A DNA stretch of 64,000 nucleotides from Diplonema japonicum (GCA_964019335.1 OZ025691.1:310001-374000); one strand, 5' to 3'; positions 44,878 through 55,693 are shown, counted from the first letter of the stretch. Program-made: numbers and translations. The notes: generated by a model not told the origin, from the letters alone.

Positions 44878-47409
44878 ATGGGAAAACATGGTAAGACCTT
44901 CGTGGACTTAGATGAAGTAGGACTGCCCCACCCGTCGGAGCAGGGGCTGGTGGTCAGGGAAGGAGCGAACTTCACAGACTGGGAAACCACCCCCAGCACA
45001 AAGCGGGAAGCCGCGGTAATAAAACTAGAGGTCATGCCCCACAAGGAAACAGTGCTGTCCATGCTAATCCTCACGGCAGCCGTTGTAATAGGCGTGGGAA
45101 GCGACATCGCTCAAGGAAACAACGCATGGACCACAGTATCAGCAAACGGACCATATATGATAGAGGAAAAGCTCCTCTACACAGCAAACATAACAGCTTC
45201 TAAGGTGGACTACTTAAGCCTAGGCAGGCTCCGCGTGCACTTCGAACCCAAGGTGATACCGCATTCCTTCACAGTAACTTACGATTCAGTGTTTTACGAT
45301 GAAGATGGAGAAATACTAGTCGATGTCACCGACTCGCATCTCATTACGTGCAGCACGCAGGCGCCGTTGAGGGGGTGTGATTCGTTTAGCTTGCCGCAGT
45401 TTCCTTACGTGTGGCTTCCCGAACACGGCCCGTTGTACGCGAACGTTTCGTTTTACAATTACAACGCCACCATCTTCGATACCCAGTACATTGATGTTGA
45501 CCTGGAAATCTACGACCATGACTCCATGTGGTCCATGATCCTTGTTCGCTTCGTTTCCATTGTCACGCTTATCGCGCACGTTTACTACTACAAGAGGTCC
45601 TGCGTCCAGTCAGTAGATACGATCCGCCCTGAGCATTCACTGTGGGGTCTCACACTGGTGTTCTGTATACTATACTGTAATCCTTTCTTCCCGCTGGCGA
45701 TGATCCAGCGAACAGGACGTGATATCGATGAGCTCGTGGCGTTTCTTGTGTTTCAAGTGCCGCTTTTTTTCACGCATTACATCAAGGCTGCTATGTGGGG
45801 GCTGCTTGTTGCCATATCAAAAGGGACGGGGACGTCGGCTGTCGCTGCAATGTACTCTCGTCTTGCTGCGTTGTTCGCGTTGCTGTTCACCATTCAGATC
45901 GTGTACATAGCACTGAACGGGACATGCTTTGCTGTGCTGTCAAGCGCTGTTTTCACGCGCAACTCTGGACGTGGTGCCTTCGTCTGGTTTGCGGAGCTCA
46001 TGTACTCTGGTGTGTCGTTCCTGCTCATAGGACGTGTTGCTGTTGGGCTTTTCTGCTGTTGCCGTTGCGGTGTCAAGCAACAACTCCGCCACCACCCTTA
46101 CTACCCCTCCCGCGATAGGCAGCTGCTTGTTCGCTTAATGATCTTCATGACTATCATCGTGCTTTTCAGTTGGCTTGCCAGCTCCCTCGCCTCTGGTCAG
46201 AGCCAAGGCACCCTTGTTGCCTCTGCAGGGCACATTGTGCTTGCTGTCGTCAGCATGCATTTCGTTGTGTACTGCGGTACCCCTGTATTCCTCAAAGGGC
46301 AGACGGACAAGCCCCCTTCGCCTATGACCGACGAGTGGAAGACGACAAAGTGGCAGCCTGAGTGGTTTAACTGGATAGTTGAGACCCCCGGGACACGCTG
46401 TCTTTACGTCTTCATGACCTCGCAGGAGGAAGAGGCGTTCTGGGCGATGCAGGACCCCCCTCAGGACTGGAGGTGGCGGATGTTCATCCCTTTCAACTAC
46501 GAGGCGTGTGCTTGGTCCTTGTTCTTTGCCCGGAACAGTTACAGACTGGACTTCCTGTCCCCCACGGTGTCGGCTGTGGTGGCGGCGATCGCCATCGTGC
46601 GATCCACGTCGGATACCAGCTACAAGAAGGCGGGGCCGCGGAAGGCCGACTCGCAGCTGTTGATGAGCGTCAGCACGAAGCGCTTTGATGTGGTTCGCGT
46701 GGTGCACATGGCGGGGATGCAGGTGATCCTCGGGGTTCACGACGAGCACTTCGTGGTGGCCTTCCGGGGGTCGAGCAACCTACAAAACTGGAAGGATGAC
46801 CTGACCTTCCCCCGTGTTCCTTGGGATGAGATGATGAAGGAGACGGGGTTCCAGCGGGGGGAGGAGAACGGGTACTGTTTCACGTCTGTGCCGCTGGTGC
46901 ACTCTGGGTTCCTCAGCGTGTGGAAGGCGGTGGACCAGACGATTGTGAGTGTGATCGAGCGGTATTCTGAGGGGAGGCCGCTCGTGGTCACCGGGCACAG
47001 TCTGGGTGCGGCGTTGGCCACGCTGGCGTCGTTCTCGTTGAGCTTGCGGTACCCTGAGCGGCGGATGGCGGTGTGGACTTACGGGTCCCCCTTGGTAGGG
47101 AACAAGGCCTTTGCGAGGGTGTACCGGTCGGTGGTGAAGTACTGCTTCCGTGTGGTGAACGAGAACGACCTCATCACCCGTGCCGTCTTCACCCTCGGGA
47201 ACAGCCACGTGGGGACGCTGGTGACCCTCGCGGCCGCCAACGGGATGCTCACCGTTGACCCCCCCTTCTTCGAGCGCCTTGTCTCCCCGACACGCTTCCT
47301 GTGCTCCAGTGCCATCGCGCACTCCATTGCACAGTACCGCACTGCTCTCTACCAGTCCTTCTTGATCTCTTCCTCCGACCCTTCCCAGTTCCGGTGCCTT
47401 CCTGAGTGA
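44878..47409 (+). CDS. Multi-pass membrane protein with C-terminal class 3 lipase, paralogue A
   Basis: VVAFRGS, VHSGF, VTGHSLGAALA, TYGSP.VGN, RVVNENDLI and a C-terminal His (AHSIAQY). Confidence 0.9.
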   Translation: MGKHGKTFVDLDEVGLPHPSEQGLVVREGANFTDWETTPSTKREAAVIKLEVMPHKETVLSMLILTAAVVIGVGSDIAQGNNAWTTVSANGPYMIEEKLLYTANITASKVDYLSLGRLRVHFEPKVIPHSFTVTYDSVFYDEDGEILVDVTDSHLITCSTQAPLRGCDSFSLPQFPYVWLPEHGPLYANVSFYNYNATIFDTQYIDVDLEIYDHDSMWSMILVRFVSIVTLIAHVYYYKRSCVQSVDTIRPEHSLWGLTLVFCILYCNPFFPLAMIQRTGRDIDELVAFLVFQVPLFFTHYIKAAMWGLLVAISKGTGTSAVAAMYSRLAALFALLFTIQIVYIALNGTCFAVLSSAVFTRNSGRGAFVWFAELMYSGVSFLLIGRVAVGLFCCCRCGVKQQLRHHPYYPSRDRQLLVRLMIFMTIIVLFSWLASSLASGQSQGTLVASAGHIVLAVVSMHFVVYCGTPVFLKGQTDKPPSPMTDEWKTTKWQPEWFNWIVETPGTRCLYVFMTSQEEEAFWAMQDPPQDWRWRMFIPFNYEACAWSLFFARNSYRLDFLSPTVSAVVAAIAIVRSTSDTSYKKAGPRKADSQLLMSVSTKRFDVVRVVHMAGMQVILGVHDEHFVVAFRGSSNLQNWKDDLTFPRVPWDEMMKETGFQRGEENGYCFTSVPLVHSGFLSVWKAVDQTIVSVIERYSEGRPLVVTGHSLGAALATLASFSLSLRYPERRMAVWTYGSPLVGNKAFARVYRSVVKYCFRVVNENDLITRAVFTLGNSHVGTLVTLAAANGMLTVDPPFFERLVSPTRFLCSSAIAHSIAQYRTALYQSFLISSSDPSQFRCLPE

Positions 47410-48245
47410 CCGATTTCGAATTTTTTTGTTTCTCTTTTTTATCATGCTGCAGCAGATTTCTTTTTTTTTCTTTCTTTTTTTTTTTATTTTTTTTTTATTT
47501 TCTGAAACAATAAAATAATACTAAAAAGAGTTGAGAGGCAGCTTTTTGTTCGGCTTTTACCCTTTCTGCAGGATAAAAACCTGTCTTTGTGTCGCTAACA
47601 ACAAATTGTCAGCTCTTTCCCCCCCCCCTTTTTTTTGCTTCAAGTCTCTCTTCTTTGTTTCGCCCACTGTCCCTAGCTTTCTTTCTTACTTTTTTCTATC
47701 TGTTTTAAGTGAAAAAATTAAAAGTGAAGAGGGGGAGGAAAGAAAAAGGAAAAAAAAAAAAAAAAAACATGGGAAAGAGAGTATTTTAGCTTTGAGCTGT
47801 ACTTTTTCTCTCATTGATTGCCCGTTCTTCTGTTTCTGTTTTTTTTTTTTATTTACTAACTATCCACAACATGTTTCACTATTTTGGGCAACGTACGCGG
47901 ATTGCCACCTTTTTTTTGGGGGGGGGGCTTTTTTTTATCTGCTTAAATTGCCCAGTGGGTAAAAGGTTAAAATAATAAACATGTGAGTTTTTCCTTCTTT
48001 TTTTTTCTATTTTTTTTCTCAAAAAAAAAAATAAAAGGACTTTCGGTGGTCGTGTTTTCTCTTCACGTGTTTTTTTCCAAAAAAAAAAAGCAAAAAAAAG
48101 GTTTCAAAAAAAAAAGAAAGGTAGGGCCCTGCCGTACCTTAATTTTATTCAACAAAAGAAGAAAAAGCGAAAGAAAAAAGTAGGGGGGGGTCACCCCACC
48201 TGAGGCCCCTCATCTTTCTCATCTTTTTTTTTTCCTTCTTTTGAG

Positions 48246-48283
48246 CAGTGAGTACACGCCCCTGCACACTGAAACTGAATCGA
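48246..48283. repeat. Diverged copy 3 of the 37-nt hairpin repeat
   Basis: CAGTGAGTACACGCCCCTGCACACTGAAACTGAATCGA; the stem is retained. Confidence 0.7.
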
Positions 48284-48304
48284 TCCCCCCCCCCCCCCCC
48301 CCCA

Positions 48305-48480
48305 GGCTATGCTGGCAAGGGAACTCGTTTCCAAGCTTTTATTTTTTTTAAAATAAGAAAACGGAAGGCGTTTCCTTATTTTTTGGGGACCGTAACCTTA
48401 AGAAGGGAACACTTAAGTTTCCTTAAGTATTTGAAAATTAAGGAAACGGAAACGTTTCCCCGTTTCTTGCCAGCGTAGCC
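48305..48480. mobile_element. 176-bp MITE with ~19-bp TIRs
   Basis: Left end GGCTATGCTGGCAAGGGAAC; right end reverse-complements to GGCTACGCTGGCAAGAAAC. Internal GTTTCC/GGAAAC motifs. Confidence 0.8.
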
Positions 48481-48483
48481 CTA

Positions 48484-48915
48484 GGGGGGGGGGTCACATA
48501 GTAGTGGTAAAATAGGTTTTTTTTTTGTACTGGAGCCACCTGTACAACACCCCCTTTTTTTTGACCAAAAAAAAAAATCGATTTCCGCCATTATTTTTGC
48601 ATTTTTAAAAAAAGGTGACCACGGTTTGATCCTCTGAATTATTCTGAAAAACTTAGACATTTGACATAGTTTGTACCGTTTGAACGGCAGAGTACAGTCT
48701 TGCGTTGTCGAAATGTGAATATCTATCATTTTTCCCGAGGTTAGGATGCACCCAAACCGTGTGGTCACTGTTTTCAGAAATGCAACGAAAGCATTAACAA
48801 GTGCTCAGAAGTGTCCAATCCGGCGAATTTTGATTTTTTTTTTAGTCAGTTTAGAGGGTATTGGGTTAGAAAAAAGAATTTCTTGAAAACATGTGCCCCC
48901 CCCCCCCCCCCCCCC
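48484..48915. mobile_element. ~430-bp MITE/foldback element with long imperfect TIRs
   Basis: Nested inverted blocks: G(n)TCACAT / ATGTGC(n); AAAATCGATTTCCGCC / GGCGAATTTTGATTTT; TGCATTT..GTGACCACGGTTTG.ATCCT / AGGAT..CAAACCGTGTGGTCAC..AAATGCA. Confidence 0.7.
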
Positions 48916-49369
48916 GCTTGTTGGGCTTATCCTGTTAAAAGCTCGAACGAACAAAAATGGTATTGCAAGCACAGAAAATAACTATTGTTATTTCTCTTTC
49001 TCTTTCGTATCACCAAAACCTGACTTCCTAGCTGGCTCCAACTTTTTTGAAGGAATTTATATGAAGGGAAACAAAAAAAGCAAAAAAAGAAGAAAAAAGA
49101 AAAGAGAAGAAAAGGGAGACGAATAAGTTGTTGTTTTTTGTACTTCTTTTCTCCCGTCACGGCTTTACCTATTGAATACATATTACCCCTGTATCCACTC
49201 GTGAGTGCTTTTTTCTCCCACTTTTCAGGGCTATCTTCCAAAACCGCACGCGTGTCTTTTTCTTCTTAGAAGGGCGGGGAAGGGTAGATAGGCAGCAAAA
49301 AAGGAAAGAAAAAAAAAAAAAAGATGTTAAGCGAGGCGTCTCGGTTGTCTCATCTCTCTCTTTTTTTTC

Positions 49370-49419
49370 GCGGGCCGTTGCTAACCACTTCGTTCCTATC
49401 ATAGTGAATTTTTTTTTTT
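49370..49419. repeat. 50-nt dispersed repeat, copy 2
   Basis: Identical to 38540-38589. Confidence 0.9.
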
Positions 49420-50221
49420 TCTCCCGCAAAAAAAAAAAAAAAAAATTGAAAAAAGAAACTGAGAATGTCTGAGAATGTCAAAAAGAGGAAAGGGGGTGGG
49501 GGGAGTTACAAGCTCCAACACACCAACTGACTAGCATCACATACAGATGGGGGAAGAAAAAGGAAGAAGAAGAAAAACAATAGTTTTGGTGTTATTATCA
49601 AAGAAGAAAAAGAAAAGAAGCCCACTGCCTTCGACGGTACTACTCTCGATCGCCATCTCTTTCGCCCCTAAGGCACTATCACTTATTGGGAACTTTCTGA
49701 GTAAGAGTTATCACAGAATATGAAGGCGGGGGGGTTTTTTGAGATCAAAATTGATATATGGGGGGGGAGAGGGGGGGGGGGGGGGGGTACTGAAATATAT
49801 GTATAAGAAGAAAAAAGACTAACTAAAACACGTTTTCCGGCAGCCGAAGTAGCTTTCCCCCCCTTTTTTTTCTATTCCCCATGAAACAAGAAAGACGGAG
49901 GGTAGAAAACAAAGGAAAGAAAAAAAAAAGAGGGGAAAAAAAAAGAAAAACGAAGGTGTGGAGGGGAAGTACTTTTTCCAAAAGGTTCATGACGGGTAAC
50001 CCTCTCTGAAACTTTTTTTTTTTTCCTTCTTTTTCTTCTTTTTGTTTCCTCAATATTATGGTTCCTTCTTTTTTTTTTTCTTCTTCTACTTGTTTCCTTT
50101 TGTGAGGGGATTTTTCTCTCTCTTTTTCTTTTTTCTTTTCTTTATTTTTTTTTCCTGTTTTTTTTTTGCACAGACACAACATACCAGGTTGGGCGGGTTG
50201 TGCCGTCCCCGGCGCCACTCC

Positions 50222-52726
50222 ATGGGTATTAGTAAATACCGCAAAGCCGATTTTACAAGCACCGAGGAATACGAGGACATCGAGGCACAAGAACTACGTA
50301 TTGAGGAGTGGGAAGTGGACCAAGATGAAAGAAGAGAAGCTGCCGTCATAAGAATAGAAGTTCTAAAGGCGAGAGACGCGTGGCTCGTCATGGGTGCTAT
50401 ATTAATACTTGTGGCGGTGGGCTTGGGCTCCGACATTGCGGGTGCTGAAGACGAGTGGAAAAGCACGCGTGCACCTCCTCCTGATGTTCGGTCAGACGGT
50501 TCTCATTATTATTCTGTAAACGCCACACCGACCGTCGTCAACTATATTGGCGTGGGTAGGCTTCTCGTCAGCTATAACCCACCGGACAAACCCAAACCAT
50601 TTGGGCTCCGATTGGTAGCTGTTTTCCACAACCAGGACAACACGGTGTTATACAGCGCTACCCAAAACGCCTTTATCACGTGCACGGGCTTTAACAAACG
50701 ATGCGAAGACGTGGAAGTTCCCTCTTTCCCTTATGTGTTCCTCCCGGAACACGGACCGCTCTACGCAAGGCTCACGTTGTTCGACGTCAATACAACTGCA
50801 TTCGATCCTGAATACACTACTGTCGCCCTGCAGATTCACGAACCCGATGGCTTTGGAATTATTGTCATTGTTAGATACGTGTGTATTGTCATGTTGTTGA
50901 CCCATGCTTATTATTATAAGAAGGCGTTGAGTTTGTCGGTCGACCCCTTGCGCCCCGAACATTATGTCTGGGGTTGTGGGTTGTTGATGTGTATTCTGTA
51001 CTGCAATCCGTTTTTCCCGTTGGCGCTGCTCCATCGCAGCGGGAATGCTTCAGACGAGTTTGTTGCTTTTCTCGTTCTGCAGGTTCCGCAGTTCTTCTCA
51101 CACTTCGTCTTCGGGATGTTCTGGGGGATCATCGCGGGGATGTCGAAGGGAGCTGGGGATGAGGCTGCTGCGGCAATGTACTCCCGTATCTTGTCCCTCA
51201 CTACTTTGCTGACCGTTTTGCAGATCACGTACATTATCGCATCAGGGACATGCTTTGCCGTTATTGGTGCTAACTTCCTGGGTGGTGTCACTCTGGTTCA
51301 TTTTGTCGGCTTGATGTTCATGGGAGTGACTTTGTTGGCCGTCACCAGAATTACCACCGGGTTGTGTTGCTGTTGTGGGTCCTGTGTTGTCAAGCAGCAG
51401 CTCCGCCACCACCCTTACTACCCCTCCCGCGACAGGCAGCTCCTTCTTCGGCTACTCATCTTCTATATATTCATTGCTGTGGTCGTTGTTCTCTTCGCGC
51501 TTCTCCCTATCGGCAGCAGAACCAGCACCCCATATGTTTCCTTAGGAGATATCATCCCTGCTGTCATCAGCATGCACTTCATGGCTTTCTGCGGTACCCC
51601 TGTATTCCTCAAAGGGCAGACGGACAAGCCCCCTTCGCCCATGACCGACGAGTGGAAGACGACAAAGTGGCAGCCTGAGTGGTTTAACTGGATAGTTGAG
51701 ACCCCCGGGACACGCTGTCTTTACGTCTTCATGACCTCGCAGGAGGAAGAGGCGTTCTGGGCGATGCAGGACCCCCCTCAGGACTGGAGGTGGCGGATGT
51801 TCATCCCTTTCAACTACGAGGCGTGTGCTTGGTCCTTGTTCTTTGCCCGGAACAGTTACAGACTGGACTTCCTGTCCCCCACGGTGTCGGCTGTGGTGGC
51901 GGCGATCGCCATCGTGCGATCCACGTCGGATACCAGCTACAAGAAGGCGGGGCCGCGGAAGGCCGACTCGCAGCTGTTGATGAGCGTCAGCACGAAGCGC
52001 TTTGATGTGGTTCGCGTGGTGCACATGGCGGGGATGCAGGTGATCCTCGGGGTTCACGACGAGCACTTCGTGGTGGCCTTCCGGGGGTCGAGCAACCTAC
52101 AAAACTGGAAGGATGACCTGACCTTCCCCCGTGTTCCTTGGGATGAGATGATGAAGGAGACGGGGTTCCAGCGGGGGGAGGAGAACGGGTACTGTTTCAC
52201 GTCTGTGCCGCTGGTGCACTCTGGGTTCCTCAGCGTGTGGAAGGCGGTGGACCAGACGATTGTGAGTGTGATCGAGCGGTATTCTGAGGGGAGGCCGCTC
52301 GTGGTCACCGGGCACAGTCTGGGTGCGGCGTTGGCCACGCTGGCGTCGTTCTCGTTGAGCTTGCGGTACCCTGAGCGGCGGATGGCGGTGTGGACTTACG
52401 GGTCCCCCTTGGTAGGGAACAAGGCCTTTGCGAGGGTGTACCGGTCGGTGGTGAAGTACTGCTTCCGTGTGGTGAACGAGAACGACCTCATCACCCGTGC
52501 CGTCTTCACCCTCGGGAACAGCCACGTGGGGACGCTGGTGACCCTCGCGGCCGCCAACGGGATGCTCACCGTTGACCCCCCCTTCTTCGAGCGCCTTGTC
52601 TCCCCGACACGCTTCCTGTGCTCCAGTGCCATCGCGCACTCCATTGCACAGTACCGCACTGCTCTCTACCAGTCCTTCTTGATCTCTTCCTCCGACCCTT
52701 CCCAGTTCCGGTGCCTTCCTGAGTGA
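50222..52726 (+). CDS. Multi-pass membrane protein with C-terminal class 3 lipase, paralogue B
   Basis: Same motifs as paralogue A. The first plausible ATG is 50222; the upstream ORF extension is poly-T noise. Confidence 0.9.
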   Translation: MGISKYRKADFTSTEEYEDIEAQELRIEEWEVDQDERREAAVIRIEVLKARDAWLVMGAILILVAVGLGSDIAGAEDEWKSTRAPPPDVRSDGSHYYSVNATPTVVNYIGVGRLLVSYNPPDKPKPFGLRLVAVFHNQDNTVLYSATQNAFITCTGFNKRCEDVEVPSFPYVFLPEHGPLYARLTLFDVNTTAFDPEYTTVALQIHEPDGFGIIVIVRYVCIVMLLTHAYYYKKALSLSVDPLRPEHYVWGCGLLMCILYCNPFFPLALLHRSGNASDEFVAFLVLQVPQFFSHFVFGMFWGIIAGMSKGAGDEAAAAMYSRILSLTTLLTVLQITYIIASGTCFAVIGANFLGGVTLVHFVGLMFMGVTLLAVTRITTGLCCCCGSCVVKQQLRHHPYYPSRDRQLLLRLLIFYIFIAVVVVLFALLPIGSRTSTPYVSLGDIIPAVISMHFMAFCGTPVFLKGQTDKPPSPMTDEWKTTKWQPEWFNWIVETPGTRCLYVFMTSQEEEAFWAMQDPPQDWRWRMFIPFNYEACAWSLFFARNSYRLDFLSPTVSAVVAAIAIVRSTSDTSYKKAGPRKADSQLLMSVSTKRFDVVRVVHMAGMQVILGVHDEHFVVAFRGSSNLQNWKDDLTFPRVPWDEMMKETGFQRGEENGYCFTSVPLVHSGFLSVWKAVDQTIVSVIERYSEGRPLVVTGHSLGAALATLASFSLSLRYPERRMAVWTYGSPLVGNKAFARVYRSVVKYCFRVVNENDLITRAVFTLGNSHVGTLVTLAAANGMLTVDPPFFERLVSPTRFLCSSAIAHSIAQYRTALYQSFLISSSDPSQFRCLPE

Positions 52727-53483
52727 CAGTTGGTGTTGACTGTCGTTGTTGTGTAATATTTTGTGTGAGAGTGTCTCGAATGTGTGCAAGAAAGCCTTAC
52801 GCGTTGGTTTTAGAAGCGTGTCAGGTGACGCTGCTCGGCTACCTATTCCTGTTTCTCTCATTTCTTGTTATCAAGTCGATATTTTTTTTATTTTTTCTGC
52901 TTCAGGTGGTAAAGGTTGCCCGAAAGGAGAAGTTAAGCAAAAACGCGATATATTTTTCATATCAATCACTGTGATTAGCAGAATAATGGAACGAAGGTGC
53001 TTAAGGGAGATCCCTACAAATGGCCATTATTATCTCTTCTTTTTTTTTAGTCGGTTTGTTTGCTCGAAAAGAAGACAAACAAATAAAAACCTGATAAAAA
53101 TTTAGTGCATCCAAGAAAGTATGTGGTGTTCCGTCCTTGCACATATTCCTGCCTGAGAATGTCTCTCTAGTGGTGGAACATGCGTGATTTCTTCAATTTC
53201 TTTTAAATACATGACTATGAAACGAAATCCTTTTTTTCTTTCGTTTCACAGCAGCGCTTTTTTGCACGATGTCTTTTTTTCTTTGTCTTCTTCTTCTTTT
53301 CTGTTCTGTTTCTTCTTCCCGAGGGGTGTCGACGGCCAACCACGACAAATCAACCAAGACTCGCGAACAATTGCGCCAAAAAAAAAAAAAGAAAAAAGAA
53401 ATTTAGGATCCATATTCTCCATATTTTCTAACTTACAAAAGCACTCTTTCCCCCCGCCTTGTTTTCTTTACCTTACGTAACAC

Positions 53484-53524
<41 letters not shown>

Positions 53525-53577
53525 AATGTTGCTGAATAATATTTTCCCCTTTCGATTCCGTTCCCCCCTTATTTTTT

Positions 53578-53712
53578 TGGTCGGGAACGGTACTCTCCAA
53601 ACCTGCTGGGACGCTAGTAGGAGCCATTGAAGGGTGCCTTTCGCCTGAAGAGGACAGCACCTGGAGGAGTTGCGAGATATGTCCGAAACTGAGAGATGCC
53701 TAGTTTTGACCA
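53578..53712 (+). ncRNA. Candidate type III hammerhead ribozyme
   Basis: CTGAAGA (53645-53651), stem II GGACA/TGTCC, GAAAC (53685-53689) and an upstream AGTA (53616-53619). Stem III is extended; stem I is weak. Confidence 0.5.
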
Positions 53713-53826
53713 TACCCCCCTGCGGCTCTCGCGCGGAGTTTGCATGTGACATCATCTTTTTTCGCCGTTTCTTCTACATAACCATCACAAGCAGAATGAA
53801 GCGGTAAAAGAAAAGGTTACGTAAAG

Positions 53827-54459
53827 ATGCTCAGAAGAACCTTGGGCAGACTCAGAAAAGCCCCTTTAAGAGGGCCAGGCAAAACAACAGAAGAAAGAGA
53901 CAATGATATAAGGAGACTGCGAACAAGTTTCGAGCAGCAAAGGCTGCAAATATTAAGCACCGCAGCAGGGGTGAACAGGAGTGAAACCAACATAAGAAGT
54001 AACAAAGAGGTTGTAACTGACTTCGACAAACTGAAATTTGCATGGACTGACAGACAAAAGAAAAGGTTGCAAGAAGGAACAGAAACGGTCACAGACACCA
54101 TTGATGTGATAGGAAAAGCGGTTTTTAAGTATCATTTTGGAGATGATGGCAACATTGCTTCTCAGGTGAAGGTGGTCTATGATGGGAGCAAAACAACGGC
54201 CTCACGAAGAGACCACCGTTGGCAAGCTTCGTTCAGTGTCAAATCAAAGCATATCAACGGCGGGCCAATTGTTCTTGCCGCTCAGTCTCCACATCATCTT
54301 ATCTTCTGGCTCTGGGACAAGACCTTGGGCATCACGCACCACACGATGTCAAACGCAACAGTCAACGTCCACATCAAGGGAGCCGACCACCCCACGGAAG
54401 GTCTCCAGCTGAACAACAAAATCGGTCAAGTCCTAGGCTGCTTCCTCAACGAGCGGTGA
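53827..54459 (+). CDS. Hypothetical protein, probably mitochondrial
   Basis: Clean 210-aa ORF starting MLRRTLGRLRK, a presequence style typical of euglenozoans. Confidence 0.75.
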   Translation: MLRRTLGRLRKAPLRGPGKTTEERDNDIRRLRTSFEQQRLQILSTAAGVNRSETNIRSNKEVVTDFDKLKFAWTDRQKKRLQEGTETVTDTIDVIGKAVFKYHFGDDGNIASQVKVVYDGSKTTASRRDHRWQASFSVKSKHINGGPIVLAAQSPHHLIFWLWDKTLGITHHTMSNATVNVHIKGADHPTEGLQLNNKIGQVLGCFLNER

Positions 54460-54560
54460 AATTTTTCAAATTTTCATTCTGGCGGCGCAATAAAACCCTA
54501 TAAATAAAAAAGAAATAGGGGGAGGAGGAAAAAAAGAAAAGAGAAAAAAAAGAAGGGAAA

Positions 54561-55693
54561 ATGGAAGAGCAAGTACTCGACACACTCGACGTCCTCAGGA
54601 ACACAGTCGAGTACAAGGCAGCATGGGAGGTGGAGTTGTGGAAGAAGCGGGAGCAAACGCAGTACGCCGCCAAACTGGAAGGAGAAGCAAAGAAAGCCGT
54701 ATCGCAAAGGCTGGACATACTAAAGGAGAGGGAAAGAGAGCTATCTGACGAATACAAAATGAAGATGCGCAGCGCCACCAAAACAGAAGACAAGGCACTT
54801 CGAGAACAGGCTGAAACACGTGAAAAGCGACAACTCTTAAGCGAGGTAGAGAAGGCATTGCGTAGGAGGAAAGAGGAACTGGAGAGGGAATACTCTCTGC
54901 GGGCCAAGGAGTGGGAAGACAAGATACGGCGAAACAAAGAAGAGGCCGCACACAAAATATCAATGGAGCAAATGAAACTAAAACAGCAGTCCGCCACCAT
55001 TGACGACTTGCGCAAAAGGCTTCACGACGTTGAAACGAAACACAAGGAACTATGGAACACCGTGAGCAAGTCTAAGCAGATGGAGCTGGACCGACACCCT
55101 GCAAGCTTTATCAAGGAAGCCGTTGCAGAGGTCGAGGACAAACACCGGCAGGTTACCGAGGCCCGACGTGGGGAATGGCTGGCAAGGGAACAATCCATGC
55201 AAAAGAAAATTTCCGGCCTGACCACCGTGAACACCCGGCTCCGTGAGCTCTTAAACAACAGCTCCATAGAGATTCTCGGGCTGAAGGAGAAGCTCAGCAA
55301 GCTCACCGCGGACACCACTCTTTTGACCGCTGAAACAATCACCCTTACCAAAACAAAGCAGAGTAGTACAGAACCAGTGCCACCAGTGCAGTCGGTGGAC
55401 AATTCCGTACACATAGAAATCCGAGAGGCAGTTAAATGGCTCCCACCCGTTCTTGCGGACGTGCGGCCTGCTTGCTTATCAGAATCAGACAGACAGATCA
55501 TATTAGAAGTATGTTTGCGAGATATAAAAAAAGAACTATCACCTAATAGATATCCCGGCTTGGCAAGGAGAAGGAACGACTGTTGTCCACAGGGTGCTAC
55601 ACGGAAGCAGACTCTGTACTGGTGTCGCTGACGCAACAGCAGCAGAAGATGATACATCAGTTGATGACGGTGAAGATGGGCAGAGTGGCTTAG
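54561..55693 (+). CDS. CEP120-like coiled-coil protein; exons 54561-55508, 55550-55693
   Basis: RNTVEYKAAWEVELWK and the spliced tail ISRLGKEKERLLSTGCYTEADSVLVSL resemble the start and end of the CEP120 coiled-coil region. Confidence 0.7.
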
